Positions 18,879-28,437 are shown, counted from the stretch's first letter. The stretch is DNA of 64,000 nt from Anaerolineales bacterium (GCA_034421855.1 DAOUKB010000046.1:726-64725); one strand, 5' to 3'. Notes: generated by a model not told the origin, from the sequence alone. Translations and numbers: made by a program.

Positions 18879-21800
18879 GTGAGTACCGACCCGACTTTCT
18901 TGTATGGCCTCCACGATGCCGGGGGAGAGCAATTGTTCCTGGACGCCCAGGTGCAGGGCTGGGTGGTCTTCAACGAATTCATCGGGCAGGATGCGCTGGA
19001 CTTCTCGGGAGTGGACTACAGTTCCTGGGAGGATCAGGGATTTGGCGTCATCGTCAAGCTCCAGCACGGATTCAATCCGGCGGGCACCATCCCGGAACCG
19101 GGCCAGTACCCGCGTTTCGCCGAACGGTGTGCCCGTTTCGCGGCTGCGTCCCTGGGCTGTCGCAACTGGGTCATCGGGAACGAAATGAATTATTGGGCGG
19201 CTCGCCCCAAAGCGCATGCCCGCAACTATGTGCCGATCCTGCGAGACGTCCAGAATCCGGCGGAAGTGCATGCCATTCTGCGGGCTTTGCCGGAAAGGTT
19301 CGACGCGCTATACGCCGGCCCCCAGACAGCCGTAGGACCGACACGGGGCATCCCCATTACCCCGGACTTGTACGCGGCCTGCTACCGACAGTGCCGCAAC
19401 GCCATTCTGGCCGCCCAATCCTCCGCGACCGTCCTGGCGGGAGCCGTCACGCCGTGGAACACGCAGACCCGGTACGCGGGCAACGAAAAAGGAGACTGGG
19501 CCACCTATCTCAACGACATCCTGGTTCGGCTAGGACCGCACGGTTGCGACGGGATTGCGCTACAGGCCTATACGGTCGACGCGCAGCCGGAATCCCTGAC
19601 CCGAGACGTATGGCTGGAGGGCGCCCATCAAAGCCGCAGAGCGGGATTTCGGGCTTACCAGGACTTCATGCAAGGCATTCCCCTCAACATGCGGCATCTG
19701 CCGGTATTCATTGTGGAGGCGGATCAGTACCAGCCCTGGACCGATCTGGATTCCGGGTGGGTACAAGCGGCCTATGCCGAGATCGCACAGTGGAACCAAC
19801 AGCCGGGAGCTCAGCAAATACGTTGCCTGGCCCTCTTCCGCTGGGCACAGAGTCCCGGCGACCGCTGGGGGCTGGCCGATCGACATGCGGTGCAACAAGA
19901 TCTGCGCAAGGCCCTAGCCCAACAATATCAGTGGGATCCCGCGCGCATGCCCTTGCCGGATCCCGGCGATCCGCAGGATCGCACCAGTCTGACCGCCGGC
20001 ATGGTGGTCGAAACGCTGTCCGCGCTCAACCTGCGCACGATTCCCGGCTTTATCGGCGTAACCGAAGAATCCAATGTGACGCTGCTGCCGGCTGGGCAAC
20101 AGTGCTACATCGCCGACGGCCCCATGCAGATCGACAGTCTCGTCTGGTGGTTGATCCATACCACGGATCAGGTGCAGCAACAGGTGTCCGGCTGGGTGCC
20201 CCAAGCGGGCGTCGACGGAGAGCCCTATCTGAAGCGCATTTCGGGCGCGCCGGATTTCACCGAACCGTTTGAGCCGGCTCCGATCTACTATGACGAGGCC
20301 TTGGCGCCGGGCACGTACTTTTTGCTTCTGCAAGACGCGGAGTTGCGCCATTCGCCGGGCACGGTCGGCAAGGATGCCGGCGACGTCGTACGGCGCATCC
20401 CCGGCAATACTCCGGGACTGATTTTGGAAGGCCCCCAATACGTGGAAGACAGCGTCTGGTGGCGGGCCCGTTTGGCCCTGCCCGAAGGAGGCGGTATCCA
20501 GGGCTGGTTACAGGAGCGCGTCGGGGAAACGGACAAGAACATTCAGGTGATTGCGGTCCCGGGCACGCCGTCCTCTCCCCGTCCCCGCTTCGGCATAGAC
20601 GCGCAAGTCTACGTCCAACGTTCCACCCTGCTGCGCCGGGTACCCGGCCTGGATCTGCGCGCTGCGGACGGGGTAGTGGTGCAATTGGCCGCGGGTCAGG
20701 CATTGACTATCGAAAAAGGACCGCGCCGGGTAGACGATCTGCAGTGGTGGAATGTGGCCACCAGCCCTACGCTGATTCCCATGCAACGCGGCTGGGTGCC
20801 CGAAATGTCCGGCAGCGGCTACGACATACTGGCCACCACCCCGCCGGAACTGCCGGTATCCGAAGACCAACCCTTCCAACCGGGGGACAATCTGTATGCC
20901 ATCGAAAATTGCGACTTGCGGCGCAGTCCGGGACGCAAGGGCAAGACCCCCTACGATCTGCTGGACACCATTCCGCGCAATACGCTGTGCGAGGTGCTGG
21001 CCGGCCCCCAGGCGGCGGAGGATGCCCTCTGGTGGCAAATCGCGGTCATCTCGTTGTCGCGTGAGAATCAGTGGGGCTGGGTTGCCCAGACGGACGCCGC
21101 CGGGCGCGCTCAGATCTCGAGCGACCCCCTGCCCGTGGAAGTGGCGCCGGTACCGCGGCGCGCTCCGACAGCGCGGGAGAGAGCTCATTTCAGCGTCGGC
21201 GATCGGGTTATGAACGTGTCTCCGCAGGCGGTTCGGATCCGCGCCACGCCGGGCAACGTGAACAAGGGCGACGAAGACATCATCATCCGCGCGCCGCGCC
21301 GCGGCTTGATGTCGATCCAAGACGGCCCGCGGGAAGTGGACGGGCTGCACTGGTGGCTGGTCCAATTGGAATACCCGGAGACCGCGCAGCCTGCGGGCTG
21401 GGTGACCGAGGGTTCGCGCGGCGGCATGCGCATCTTGGCCTACGACTTCCTGGCCGATCACATCAAGGTCGCCAATCCCTTCGAAGGCCAATATCCTCTG
21501 TCCCAGGCTTGGGGCAGCAATCCGGATTTCTACGGCCGGTTCAGCTACGGGGGCGTGCCCCTGCGCGGGCACAACGGCTTCGACTTCGCGCTGCCGGTGG
21601 GAACGCCGCTGCTGACTTGCGACCAAGGCAAGGTGCTGCGCGTGAGCTTTGGCACGAGGGGCTTGGGCAAGTTCGTGCTCATGGAACACGACTGGGGCGA
21701 ATCCGTGTACGGCCATATGGACGAGATCGATGTGGCGGTGGGGCAGGTGCTGCCCTCCCGAGCCCGCATCGGGTTGTCGGGCAACACGGGGAACAGTACC

Positions 21801-21974
21801 GGGCCGCACTTGCATTTGGGGATCAAGATCATCCCCTACCGCCGTACCGACGGCTGGGGCGGATATTGCAATCCGGCCCCCTTCATGGACGTGAGCGCGA
21901 TTTTCCGCCAGCGACCGGTCTCGATGCCGCCCTCGGGCATCGGGGAAGACACGGCGGCCGATCCGTTGCCGTAG
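18879..21974 (+). CDS. Multidomain wall-hydrolase-like protein: N-terminal clan-A-like glycosidase domain, five SH3b-like repeats, C-terminal M23 (LytM) metallopeptidase
   Basis: 1031-aa ORF with a GTG start 12 nt after the symporter stop. WVIGNEMNYW and PVFIVEAD resemble TIM-barrel glycosidase strands. M23 motifs HNGFD and GNSTGPHLHLG are present. There is no N-terminal hydrophobic segment. Confidence 0.8.
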   Translation: MSTDPTFLYGLHDAGGEQLFLDAQVQGWVVFNEFIGQDALDFSGVDYSSWEDQGFGVIVKLQHGFNPAGTIPEPGQYPRFAERCARFAAASLGCRNWVIGNEMNYWAARPKAHARNYVPILRDVQNPAEVHAILRALPERFDALYAGPQTAVGPTRGIPITPDLYAACYRQCRNAILAAQSSATVLAGAVTPWNTQTRYAGNEKGDWATYLNDILVRLGPHGCDGIALQAYTVDAQPESLTRDVWLEGAHQSRRAGFRAYQDFMQGIPLNMRHLPVFIVEADQYQPWTDLDSGWVQAAYAEIAQWNQQPGAQQIRCLALFRWAQSPGDRWGLADRHAVQQDLRKALAQQYQWDPARMPLPDPGDPQDRTSLTAGMVVETLSALNLRTIPGFIGVTEESNVTLLPAGQQCYIADGPMQIDSLVWWLIHTTDQVQQQVSGWVPQAGVDGEPYLKRISGAPDFTEPFEPAPIYYDEALAPGTYFLLLQDAELRHSPGTVGKDAGDVVRRIPGNTPGLILEGPQYVEDSVWWRARLALPEGGGIQGWLQERVGETDKNIQVIAVPGTPSSPRPRFGIDAQVYVQRSTLLRRVPGLDLRAADGVVVQLAAGQALTIEKGPRRVDDLQWWNVATSPTLIPMQRGWVPEMSGSGYDILATTPPELPVSEDQPFQPGDNLYAIENCDLRRSPGRKGKTPYDLLDTIPRNTLCEVLAGPQAAEDALWWQIAVISLSRENQWGWVAQTDAAGRAQISSDPLPVEVAPVPRRAPTARERAHFSVGDRVMNVSPQAVRIRATPGNVNKGDEDIIIRAPRRGLMSIQDGPREVDGLHWWLVQLEYPETAQPAGWVTEGSRGGMRILAYDFLADHIKVANPFEGQYPLSQAWGSNPDFYGRFSYGGVPLRGHNGFDFALPVGTPLLTCDQGKVLRVSFGTRGLGKFVLMEHDWGESVYGHMDEIDVAVGQVLPSRARIGLSGNTGNSTGPHLHLGIKIIPYRRTDGWGGYCNPAPFMDVSAIFRQRPVSMPPSGIGEDTAADPLP
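19992..21413 (+). repeat. Five divergent protein-level SH3b-like repeats inside the 18879-21974 CDS
   Basis: Shared skeleton LR..PG ... GP..vD.l.WW ... GWV. The five copies are: LNLRTIPG..GPMQIDSLVWWLIH..SGWV; AELRHSPG..GPQYVEDSVWWRAR..QGWL; TLLRRVPG..GPRRVDDLQWWNVA..RGWV; CDLRRSPG..GPQAAEDALWWQIA..WGWV; VRIRATPG..GPREVDGLHWWLVQ..AGWV. Confidence 0.7.
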
Positions 21975-21988
21975 CGGCAAGACCCGCG

Positions 21989-22714
21989 GTGGACAGCCAG
22001 CCCTTAGTCCAGATCGCCGTCTCCAAACTGCGCAAGTATGCAACCCGCGAGAGCGGCGACACCGTAGAAGTGGTGGAACGGCCCCATGGAGGGCTCAGCG
22101 CCGTCATGGTGGACGGCCAACGCAGCGGCAAGAGCGCCAAGATGATCAGCAATCTGGTCATCCGGAAAGCCATCAGTTTGCTGGCGGAAGGCGTACGGGA
22201 CGGCGCCGTGGCCCGGGCCGCGCACGACTATCTGCGGACCTATCGCCGCGGGCAGGTAAGCGCCGAATTGCAAATGGTAAGCCTGGACCTGGATTCGTAT
22301 ACGTTGCTGGTGACCCGCAATTGCCATTGTCCCGTGTTGGTCAAAACTCCCCGGGGCATACGGCTCCTGGATGCCGAAAGCCAACCCATCGGCATTCACC
22401 GCAAAACCCGCCCCGACATTTCGGAAATGCTGATCGATACGGGCACCACCATCGTCCTGGCCTCGGACGGCGTGTGGGAAGCCGGCCGGCGTACCGCGCA
22501 GTCCATGGATCTGCCGACTCTGGTACACGGTCTGGAACAGGGCCGGACCCGATCGGCGACGGATTTGGCCCGCTGCCTGTTGGCGGCGGCCTTGGAAATG
22601 GATCAGGGCCGGGCCCGCGACGATCTCACGGTGTTGGTGCTCAAGATAGTGTCCCTTCCCGGAGCATCAGAGGCGCGGCACATGACGGTGGATTTTCCGT
22701 TGACGCCGATTTAG
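21989..22714 (+). CDS. Stand-alone PP2C/SpoIIE-type serine phosphatase domain protein
   Basis: All acidic PP2C motifs are present in order: ESGDTVEV, VMVDGQRSGKSA, LASDGVWE, RARDDLTVLVLK. GTG-21989 start is assumed (first start after the upstream stop). Confidence 0.72.
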   Translation: MDSQPLVQIAVSKLRKYATRESGDTVEVVERPHGGLSAVMVDGQRSGKSAKMISNLVIRKAISLLAEGVRDGAVARAAHDYLRTYRRGQVSAELQMVSLDLDSYTLLVTRNCHCPVLVKTPRGIRLLDAESQPIGIHRKTRPDISEMLIDTGTTIVLASDGVWEAGRRTAQSMDLPTLVHGLEQGRTRSATDLARCLLAAALEMDQGRARDDLTVLVLKIVSLPGASEARHMTVDFPLTPI

Positions 22715-22749
22715 CGGCCCCACCCGGCCGCCTTGGCCCGTCGCCCGCC

Positions 22750-23172
22750 ATGCGTAGAAACTTGCCTCAGGTCAAGGTCACGGGTACCAGCGCGGCAGGC
22801 AAAAGCACATTGGTGCGGGGCCTGCGCGCGCAGGGCATCGACGCCCGCGCGACCGGACAGGAACACAGCCAGATTCCGGACCTGTGGCGGCGCCTCCATC
22901 CTCCGCAGATCCTCATTTACCTGGAAGCCACCTTGCAGGCTCAGCGGGCCCGGCGGCCCGACGTTACCTGGACCGCGGCCTGGCTCCAGGTGGAGAAGGG
23001 GCGCTTGTCTCACGCCAGAGCGCACGCGGATCTACGTATCGAAACCAGCGACCGCACGGTGTCTGCGGTCTTGGAGCAGGTCTTGCAGTACCTGCAGACC
23101 CAGGGCCTGCAGACCGGACCGCCGCTGCCGCCGCGCCCCCGCACCGGCGGAGTGCGGCCCGACTCCGAATAA
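22750..23172 (+). CDS. Small P-loop NTPase/kinase-like protein
   Basis: 140 aa with Walker A VTGTSAAGKSTL. I recognise no other family signature. Confidence 0.6.
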   Translation: MRRNLPQVKVTGTSAAGKSTLVRGLRAQGIDARATGQEHSQIPDLWRRLHPPQILIYLEATLQAQRARRPDVTWTAAWLQVEKGRLSHARAHADLRIETSDRTVSAVLEQVLQYLQTQGLQTGPPLPPRPRTGGVRPDSE

Positions 23173-23446
23173 AAAGTTTCTTTTGCGAAAACAGAAATGG
23201 AAATTTCCCGCCGCCTCGGGCCTGGTCGGGATTGCGGGCGGAGGCGCCGCCGTCCACCCACGGCCTCCAGACCGCCGAGGGGAGGCTGTCCTGCCGGGAA
23301 AGACGATCCAAGTCGGCCGTCGGCGTTGTGTTATGATTCAATCCGATAAATGAAGAGAAATCCGTCTGTCGTGCCGAGCAGCCCGGTGGGTTTTGTTTGC
23401 CTGAATATGCAGGGCGCGCACCTGATGGATATTGCGAGGAAGTGGC

Positions 23447-25489
23447 ATGGCGAGTAGACCGTCGAGCAACGGAAAATTGAGTCCCAACGGCCGTATTTCC
23501 CTGAACGGGGCAAAGGCGGCATTCCCGTATCCCGGCATCCCGGCGACCGCCGACGGGTCGGGTACCGTCAGTTGGGTGGAGACCCACATCACCCAAGGAG
23601 CTTGCGCTTTCCCGATTACGCCCACGACTACCATGGGCGGGAGCTACGGGGCGGCTTCGGCCAACGGCGCCACGAATCTCTGGGGGGATCCTTTGATGTT
23701 CTTGGAGCCGGAATCCGAGCACAGCGCCGCTACGGCGTGCGAAGGGTTTGCCGTGGCCGGCGGCCGGATCAGCAACTTCACCTCGGGTCAAGGCTTGGTG
23801 CTGATGAAGGAAGTGCTTTACACCATCAGCGGCAAGCGGCTGCCGATCGTGTTTCACATCGGCTCCCGCGCCATCACGCGGCAGGGCCTGAACGTCCATG
23901 CCGGACACGACGACGTGATGTGCGTGGCGGATTGCGGTTGGGGCATTCTGTTTGCCAAGAACGCGCAGGATGCAGGCGATTTGGCTCTCATGAGTCGGCG
24001 CATCGCCGAAGAAACCTATACGCCGTTTCTGAACGTGCAGGACGGCTTTCTGACTACGCACACCATCGAGGACGTGCTGATGTTGGAACCGGAACTGATG
24101 AAGGAATTCGTGGGACCGCCGGCCGGCAAGATCCCCAATCTCTTCGACCCCTTCAATCCCCTCATGACGGGCGTGGTCCAGAACCAGGACAGCTACATGA
24201 AAGGGATCGTCGCCCAACGGTACTACTACGACATGATTCCCGACGTAGTCGAGCAGACGTTTGCCGACTTCTACCGGGCGACGGGACGCAAGTACGGGGT
24301 CATCGAGCAGTACCGTATGGAAGACGCCGAGTATGCCATCGTGGGCATCGGCTGCTACATCGAAACCGCACGCGCCGCCATCGATTACCTGCGGGAAACC
24401 TACGGCATTCGGTTGGGCGTCGTCCACGTCACCTGTTACCGTCCCTTTCCCGGTCCGCAGCTCGTCGAGGCTCTGGGAGGCCTCAAGGCCTTTACGGTGA
24501 TTGAACGCATGGACGATGCGCTAGCGCCCAACAATCCCCTGACCAACGACGTCAAGGCCGCGTTCAGCGATGCCATGATGGGCCATCCGGACTTTCCCCG
24601 GCTCGCCGAAATGCCGCAGATTTTCAGCGGCATAGCCGGCCTGGGCAGTCGGGACGTGCGGCCCTCCGATTTCGCGGCCGTAGTGCGGAACATGCTGGAA
24701 GGCGACCGGTACTTCTTCGCCTTGGGCATAGACCACGCATTGACTCTGCCCCCGGAAGCCGATCCGGATCTGCGCCCTGCAGGCGCCTTTTCCATGCGCG
24801 GCCACTCGGTGGGCGGCTTCGGTTCCGTGACGACCAACAAAGTGATTGCCACCATCGCCGGCGACGTGTTCGGCAAGAAGGTGCAAGCCTACCCCAAGTA
24901 CGGTTCCGAGAAAAAGGGACTGCCGACGACCTACTATCTGACCGTCGCCGACGACGTCATCCTCACGCATTGCGAGCTGGAACATGTGGACTTCGTGCCC
25001 ATGAACGACGTCAACGCGTTCGTCACCAGCAATCCGTTGAGCGGAATTCTGGATGGCGGCAGCATTTTCGTGCAGACTTCCAAGACGGATCCGGTGGAGA
25101 TCTGGGCCGATATCCCGCCGCACTCGCAGCAAGTCATTCGGGAGAAGGGCCTGCGGGTATTTGCCGCCGACGGGGCCCTGATTGCCCGGGAGGAGGCGCC
25201 CATTCCCGATCTGTCCGTGCGGATGCAAGGCATTGTGCTGTTGGGCATATTTCTGAAGGTCACGCCGTTCGCGGAAGAAGCGGGCCTGACGTACTCGGAG
25301 GTCATGGAGCGGGCGGAAAACGCCTTGCGGAAGTATTTCGGCAAACGCGGCGAGGCCGTAGTTCAGGCCAACCTGCGGGCCGTGCAACGGGGTCACGACT
25401 CGGTGATCGAACTGTCCCCGGAAGTGATTGCCATGGAAGTTTCCGCGCCGAAATTCAATGTCGGGGCCGAAATCGAGCTCTTCGCATAA
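23447..25489 (+). CDS. Pyruvate/2-oxoacid:ferredoxin oxidoreductase, N-terminal polypeptide (alpha + gamma domains, PFOR domains I-III)
   Basis: FPITPTTTMG, EPESEHSAATACEGFAVAGGRISNFTSGQGL, VFHIGSRA, and a gamma-like GFGSVTTNKVIA..PKYGSEKKG. GAGGAAG lies upstream of ATG-23447. Confidence 0.88.
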   Translation: MASRPSSNGKLSPNGRISLNGAKAAFPYPGIPATADGSGTVSWVETHITQGACAFPITPTTTMGGSYGAASANGATNLWGDPLMFLEPESEHSAATACEGFAVAGGRISNFTSGQGLVLMKEVLYTISGKRLPIVFHIGSRAITRQGLNVHAGHDDVMCVADCGWGILFAKNAQDAGDLALMSRRIAEETYTPFLNVQDGFLTTHTIEDVLMLEPELMKEFVGPPAGKIPNLFDPFNPLMTGVVQNQDSYMKGIVAQRYYYDMIPDVVEQTFADFYRATGRKYGVIEQYRMEDAEYAIVGIGCYIETARAAIDYLRETYGIRLGVVHVTCYRPFPGPQLVEALGGLKAFTVIERMDDALAPNNPLTNDVKAAFSDAMMGHPDFPRLAEMPQIFSGIAGLGSRDVRPSDFAAVVRNMLEGDRYFFALGIDHALTLPPEADPDLRPAGAFSMRGHSVGGFGSVTTNKVIATIAGDVFGKKVQAYPKYGSEKKGLPTTYYLTVADDVILTHCELEHVDFVPMNDVNAFVTSNPLSGILDGGSIFVQTSKTDPVEIWADIPPHSQQVIREKGLRVFAADGALIAREEAPIPDLSVRMQGIVLLGIFLKVTPFAEEAGLTYSEVMERAENALRKYFGKRGEAVVQANLRAVQRGHDSVIELSPEVIAMEVSAPKFNVGAEIELFA

Positions 25490-25536
25490 GCAGAAGTGGT
25501 ATATTTCCGCTGCTGTGCATCATACAAGGACACACT

Positions 25537-27162
25537 ATGGGCGTAACTACTGATCTGATTGATGTAACCAAGACCAGCAGAACCAAGAACGGGACCGGCG
25601 ACGGTTTCGATTCGCTGGTCGTGGACGTCCACGATTTCTTCGATCGCATCGTCGCCGGCTACAACGACGGCACCGGAGAAAAGCATTTGCCGGCCGATGT
25701 AGGAACGGCTCGCTCCGCCATTCCCAGCGGTACAGGCGTGGCCCGGGACTTCAGCTATATCGCACCCGAGATTCCCGAATACATCGAAGCCAACTGTACG
25801 GGCTGCATGAGCTGTGTCAACCAGTGCCCGGACACGGCCATTCTCGGCAAGGTAGTCAAGGTGGACGTGCTGGAGGACGCGCTGAACGACATCGAGTCCG
25901 CACCGGAACGGGACTTCATGGCGTTGCAGTTTGCCGAGACCAACAAGTTCTTCAAGGTGCCGGCCAAGCGCAAGAAGGATCCAGGCAAGTTCGGCATCTT
26001 CATCGATCCCACCAAATGCAAAGGCTGCGCGGAGTGCGTGGAGGCCTGTGCCGACCTGGGCTACAACGCGCTGAAGATGATCCAGAAAGAGGACCAGACG
26101 GTCCCGATTTATCAGAAAAGCATCGATTTCTTCCGCAGTTTGCCGCCTACGCCCGACGAGTTCATCAACGAGCGCATAGCGGTAGACATGATGTTGGCCG
26201 AGCAGAGCATGCTCTACGTCGGGGGCGCCGGTTCTTGTGCCGGCTGCGGCGAAGCCACGGTCATCCGCATGTGGCTGGCCGCTTTGGGCTACGTCTACGG
26301 CGCGGAGAACATCGGCATCGCCGCCAGTACCGGCTGCAACACGGTATACGGCAGCACCTATCCCTACAACCCGTACATCGTGCCTTGGAGCAACTCGCTG
26401 TTCGAGAACGGACCGGCCTTCGCCATGGGCATCCGCATGCGCTGGGATCAGCAAGGCTGGGAAGACAAGCAGCTGTGGGTCATGGGCGGCGACGGGGCCA
26501 TGTTGGACATCGGGTTCCAGTCGTTGAGTCGGATGCTGGCCAGCGGCATGAACATCAAGGTCTTGGTCCTGGACACGCAGGTCTACTCCAATACGGGGGG
26601 GCAGACCAGCACCGGCTCTTACATGGGCCAGGATTCGAAGATGTACGCCTTCGGCAAATCCAAGCCCGGCAAGACGGAATTGCGCAAGGAACTCGGCCGC
26701 ATCGCCATGATGCATCCCAACACCTATGTGGCCCAGACCGTGCAGTCCATCCCGAATCACTTCTACAAATCCATCTTGGAAGCGGCTTCGTTCGACGGTC
26801 CGGCCGTGGTGAACACGTTCACCACCTGTCAGCCGGAACATGGGGTAGCCGACGACATGGCCCGCCATCAGGCCAAACTGGCCGTCGAGAGTCGCGCCTT
26901 CCCGGTGTTCGTCTATGATCCCCGCAAAGGAGACACCATCCGGGAACGCCTGAGTCTGCAAGGCAACCCGGCGGCCAAGGAAGATTGGTACGTGGTGCCG
27001 AAGACGGGCGAGAAGATCGACTTCGTTTCTTTTGCCCGCACCGAAGGCCGCTTCGCCAAACAGTTCGACCGCGACGGCAATCCTTCCGAGACTTTGTTGC
27101 GCTCGCAAGAGGATCGACTGTCCAACTGGCGTACATTGCAGGAGATGGCCGGGATCCGGTAA
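25537..27162 (+). CDS. Pyruvate/2-oxoacid:ferredoxin oxidoreductase, C-terminal polypeptide (2x[4Fe-4S] delta + TPP-binding beta, PFOR domains V-VI)
   Basis: Ferredoxin motifs CTGCMSCVNQCP and CKGCAECVEAC; CAGCGE; TPP motif GGDGAMLDIGFQSL...NTGGQ. AAGGA RBS. Confidence 0.88.
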   Translation: MGVTTDLIDVTKTSRTKNGTGDGFDSLVVDVHDFFDRIVAGYNDGTGEKHLPADVGTARSAIPSGTGVARDFSYIAPEIPEYIEANCTGCMSCVNQCPDTAILGKVVKVDVLEDALNDIESAPERDFMALQFAETNKFFKVPAKRKKDPGKFGIFIDPTKCKGCAECVEACADLGYNALKMIQKEDQTVPIYQKSIDFFRSLPPTPDEFINERIAVDMMLAEQSMLYVGGAGSCAGCGEATVIRMWLAALGYVYGAENIGIAASTGCNTVYGSTYPYNPYIVPWSNSLFENGPAFAMGIRMRWDQQGWEDKQLWVMGGDGAMLDIGFQSLSRMLASGMNIKVLVLDTQVYSNTGGQTSTGSYMGQDSKMYAFGKSKPGKTELRKELGRIAMMHPNTYVAQTVQSIPNHFYKSILEAASFDGPAVVNTFTTCQPEHGVADDMARHQAKLAVESRAFPVFVYDPRKGDTIRERLSLQGNPAAKEDWYVVPKTGEKIDFVSFARTEGRFAKQFDRDGNPSETLLRSQEDRLSNWRTLQEMAGIR

Positions 27163-27263
27163 GTTTCTCCCTGCCGATATCCAGAGAGCCCGGCTGCAGC
27201 CGGGCTCTCTGGATTCAGCGGGGTTTCCACGGCGGCCCGAGAAGATCTGCCGCAGGGTCCGCC

Positions 27264-28325
27264 TCAGGCAGTCGAGGCGAACGTCAAGAGCGAATCCAGA
27301 TAGGCTTTCAATACCGACAGATCGGCGTCGGCTTGGGCGCGGGTTTCGAAGCACAACGCCTCGATCAGATCCTGCACCAGTTGCCGACGCTGGCCCAAGA
27401 CGACCAGGCATTGCTCCCGAATGCCGCGCTGGCGCAGCAGCTCCAGCACGGGCGGCGCGATGTCTTGGCTGATGTCCAAGGCGTACAGGCTCCGAATACA
27501 ATCGCCCAACTCGGCATCGCTCATGGCCAATACGATGGGCAGGCTCTTCTTGCGCTGGGCAATGTCCTTGCAGGACGTCTTGCCGGTCTCGTCCGTCTCG
27601 CCCCAGAGGTTGGCCACGTCGTCCAGCATCTGGTAGGCGACTCCAAAATGTTCGCCCAGTTGGCCGAAGAGGAGGCGCGTGCGTTCATTGCAGCGACTCA
27701 GCAGAGCCCCCACTTCCAGACAGGTCGAGAAAAGCGCGGCCGTCTTTTTCTTGACCATCAAGATGTATTCTCCCAAGGTCAGATGGCAGCGGGCTTCGTA
27801 ATCCAGATCCAGAAACTGGCCTTCCGTGAGCTGCACGCAAGCGCGCGAGAGCAACGACAGCGACTGTAGAGTCAGATCAGGGGGCGTGTCGGTATCCTGC
27901 AGGCCCAACATCGCCCTGAAGGCACAGGCGTACATGCCGTCGCCCGCATTGATGGCCTTGCCGTTGCCCCATACTTTCCAGACCGTAGGAAAATGGCGGC
28001 GCACCTCGTCCAGATCTTCAATGTCGTCGTGCAACAACGAATAGTTGTGCAGGATCTCCATGCTGCCCGCCGCCGCCAATGCCTGTGCCGGATCATGGCC
28101 CATGGCCGCGCACACCAACAGCAGCAAGGTAGGCCGCAACCTCTTGCCCGCCGCCCGGACGCGGGGTTCCATGTCGGCATCCACCCAACCCATGTGGTAT
28201 TCCATCATGCCGTAATGGTGTCGCAGCGCTGGTTCAGGACTTTCCAAGTACTGCTTGAGCGTTTCTTCGATGGGTCCGCGCCAAGCACGCAGGAATGATT
28301 GCAGGGGGGCGTCCGACATGTGCAA
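27264..28325 (-). CDS. Polyprenyl diphosphate synthase family protein (GGPP-synthase-like)
   Basis: First Asp-rich motif LLHDDIEDLD. The second motif region is FGVAYQMLDDVANLWG..GK. KRLRP near the N-terminus. Confidence 0.85.
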   Translation of the reverse strand: MHMSDAPLQSFLRAWRGPIEETLKQYLESPEPALRHHYGMMEYHMGWVDADMEPRVRAAGKRLRPTLLLLVCAAMGHDPAQALAAAGSMEILHNYSLLHDDIEDLDEVRRHFPTVWKVWGNGKAINAGDGMYACAFRAMLGLQDTDTPPDLTLQSLSLLSRACVQLTEGQFLDLDYEARCHLTLGEYILMVKKKTAALFSTCLEVGALLSRCNERTRLLFGQLGEHFGVAYQMLDDVANLWGETDETGKTSCKDIAQRKKSLPIVLAMSDAELGDCIRSLYALDISQDIAPPVLELLRQRGIREQCLVVLGQRRQLVQDLIEALCFETRAQADADLSVLKAYLDSLLTFASTA

Positions 28326-28437
28326 GAGGGCAAACCAGCCAAATGGATGAAAATCTTGGGCGGCGGCGCGTGTCTGCGGGATGTCTGGGGCTGCTAGGCT
28401 CTACGGCCTGATGCGGTACCAAGACGAGGGCAGGGGA

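Noticed and set aside
25393-27501. 702-aa minus-strand ORF
   Set aside because: It is antisense to the PFOR beta/delta gene, and the composition is junk-like. The same reasoning applies to 20508-22043 (-), 22964-24427 (-), 3593-4918 (-) and 10485-11501 (-).
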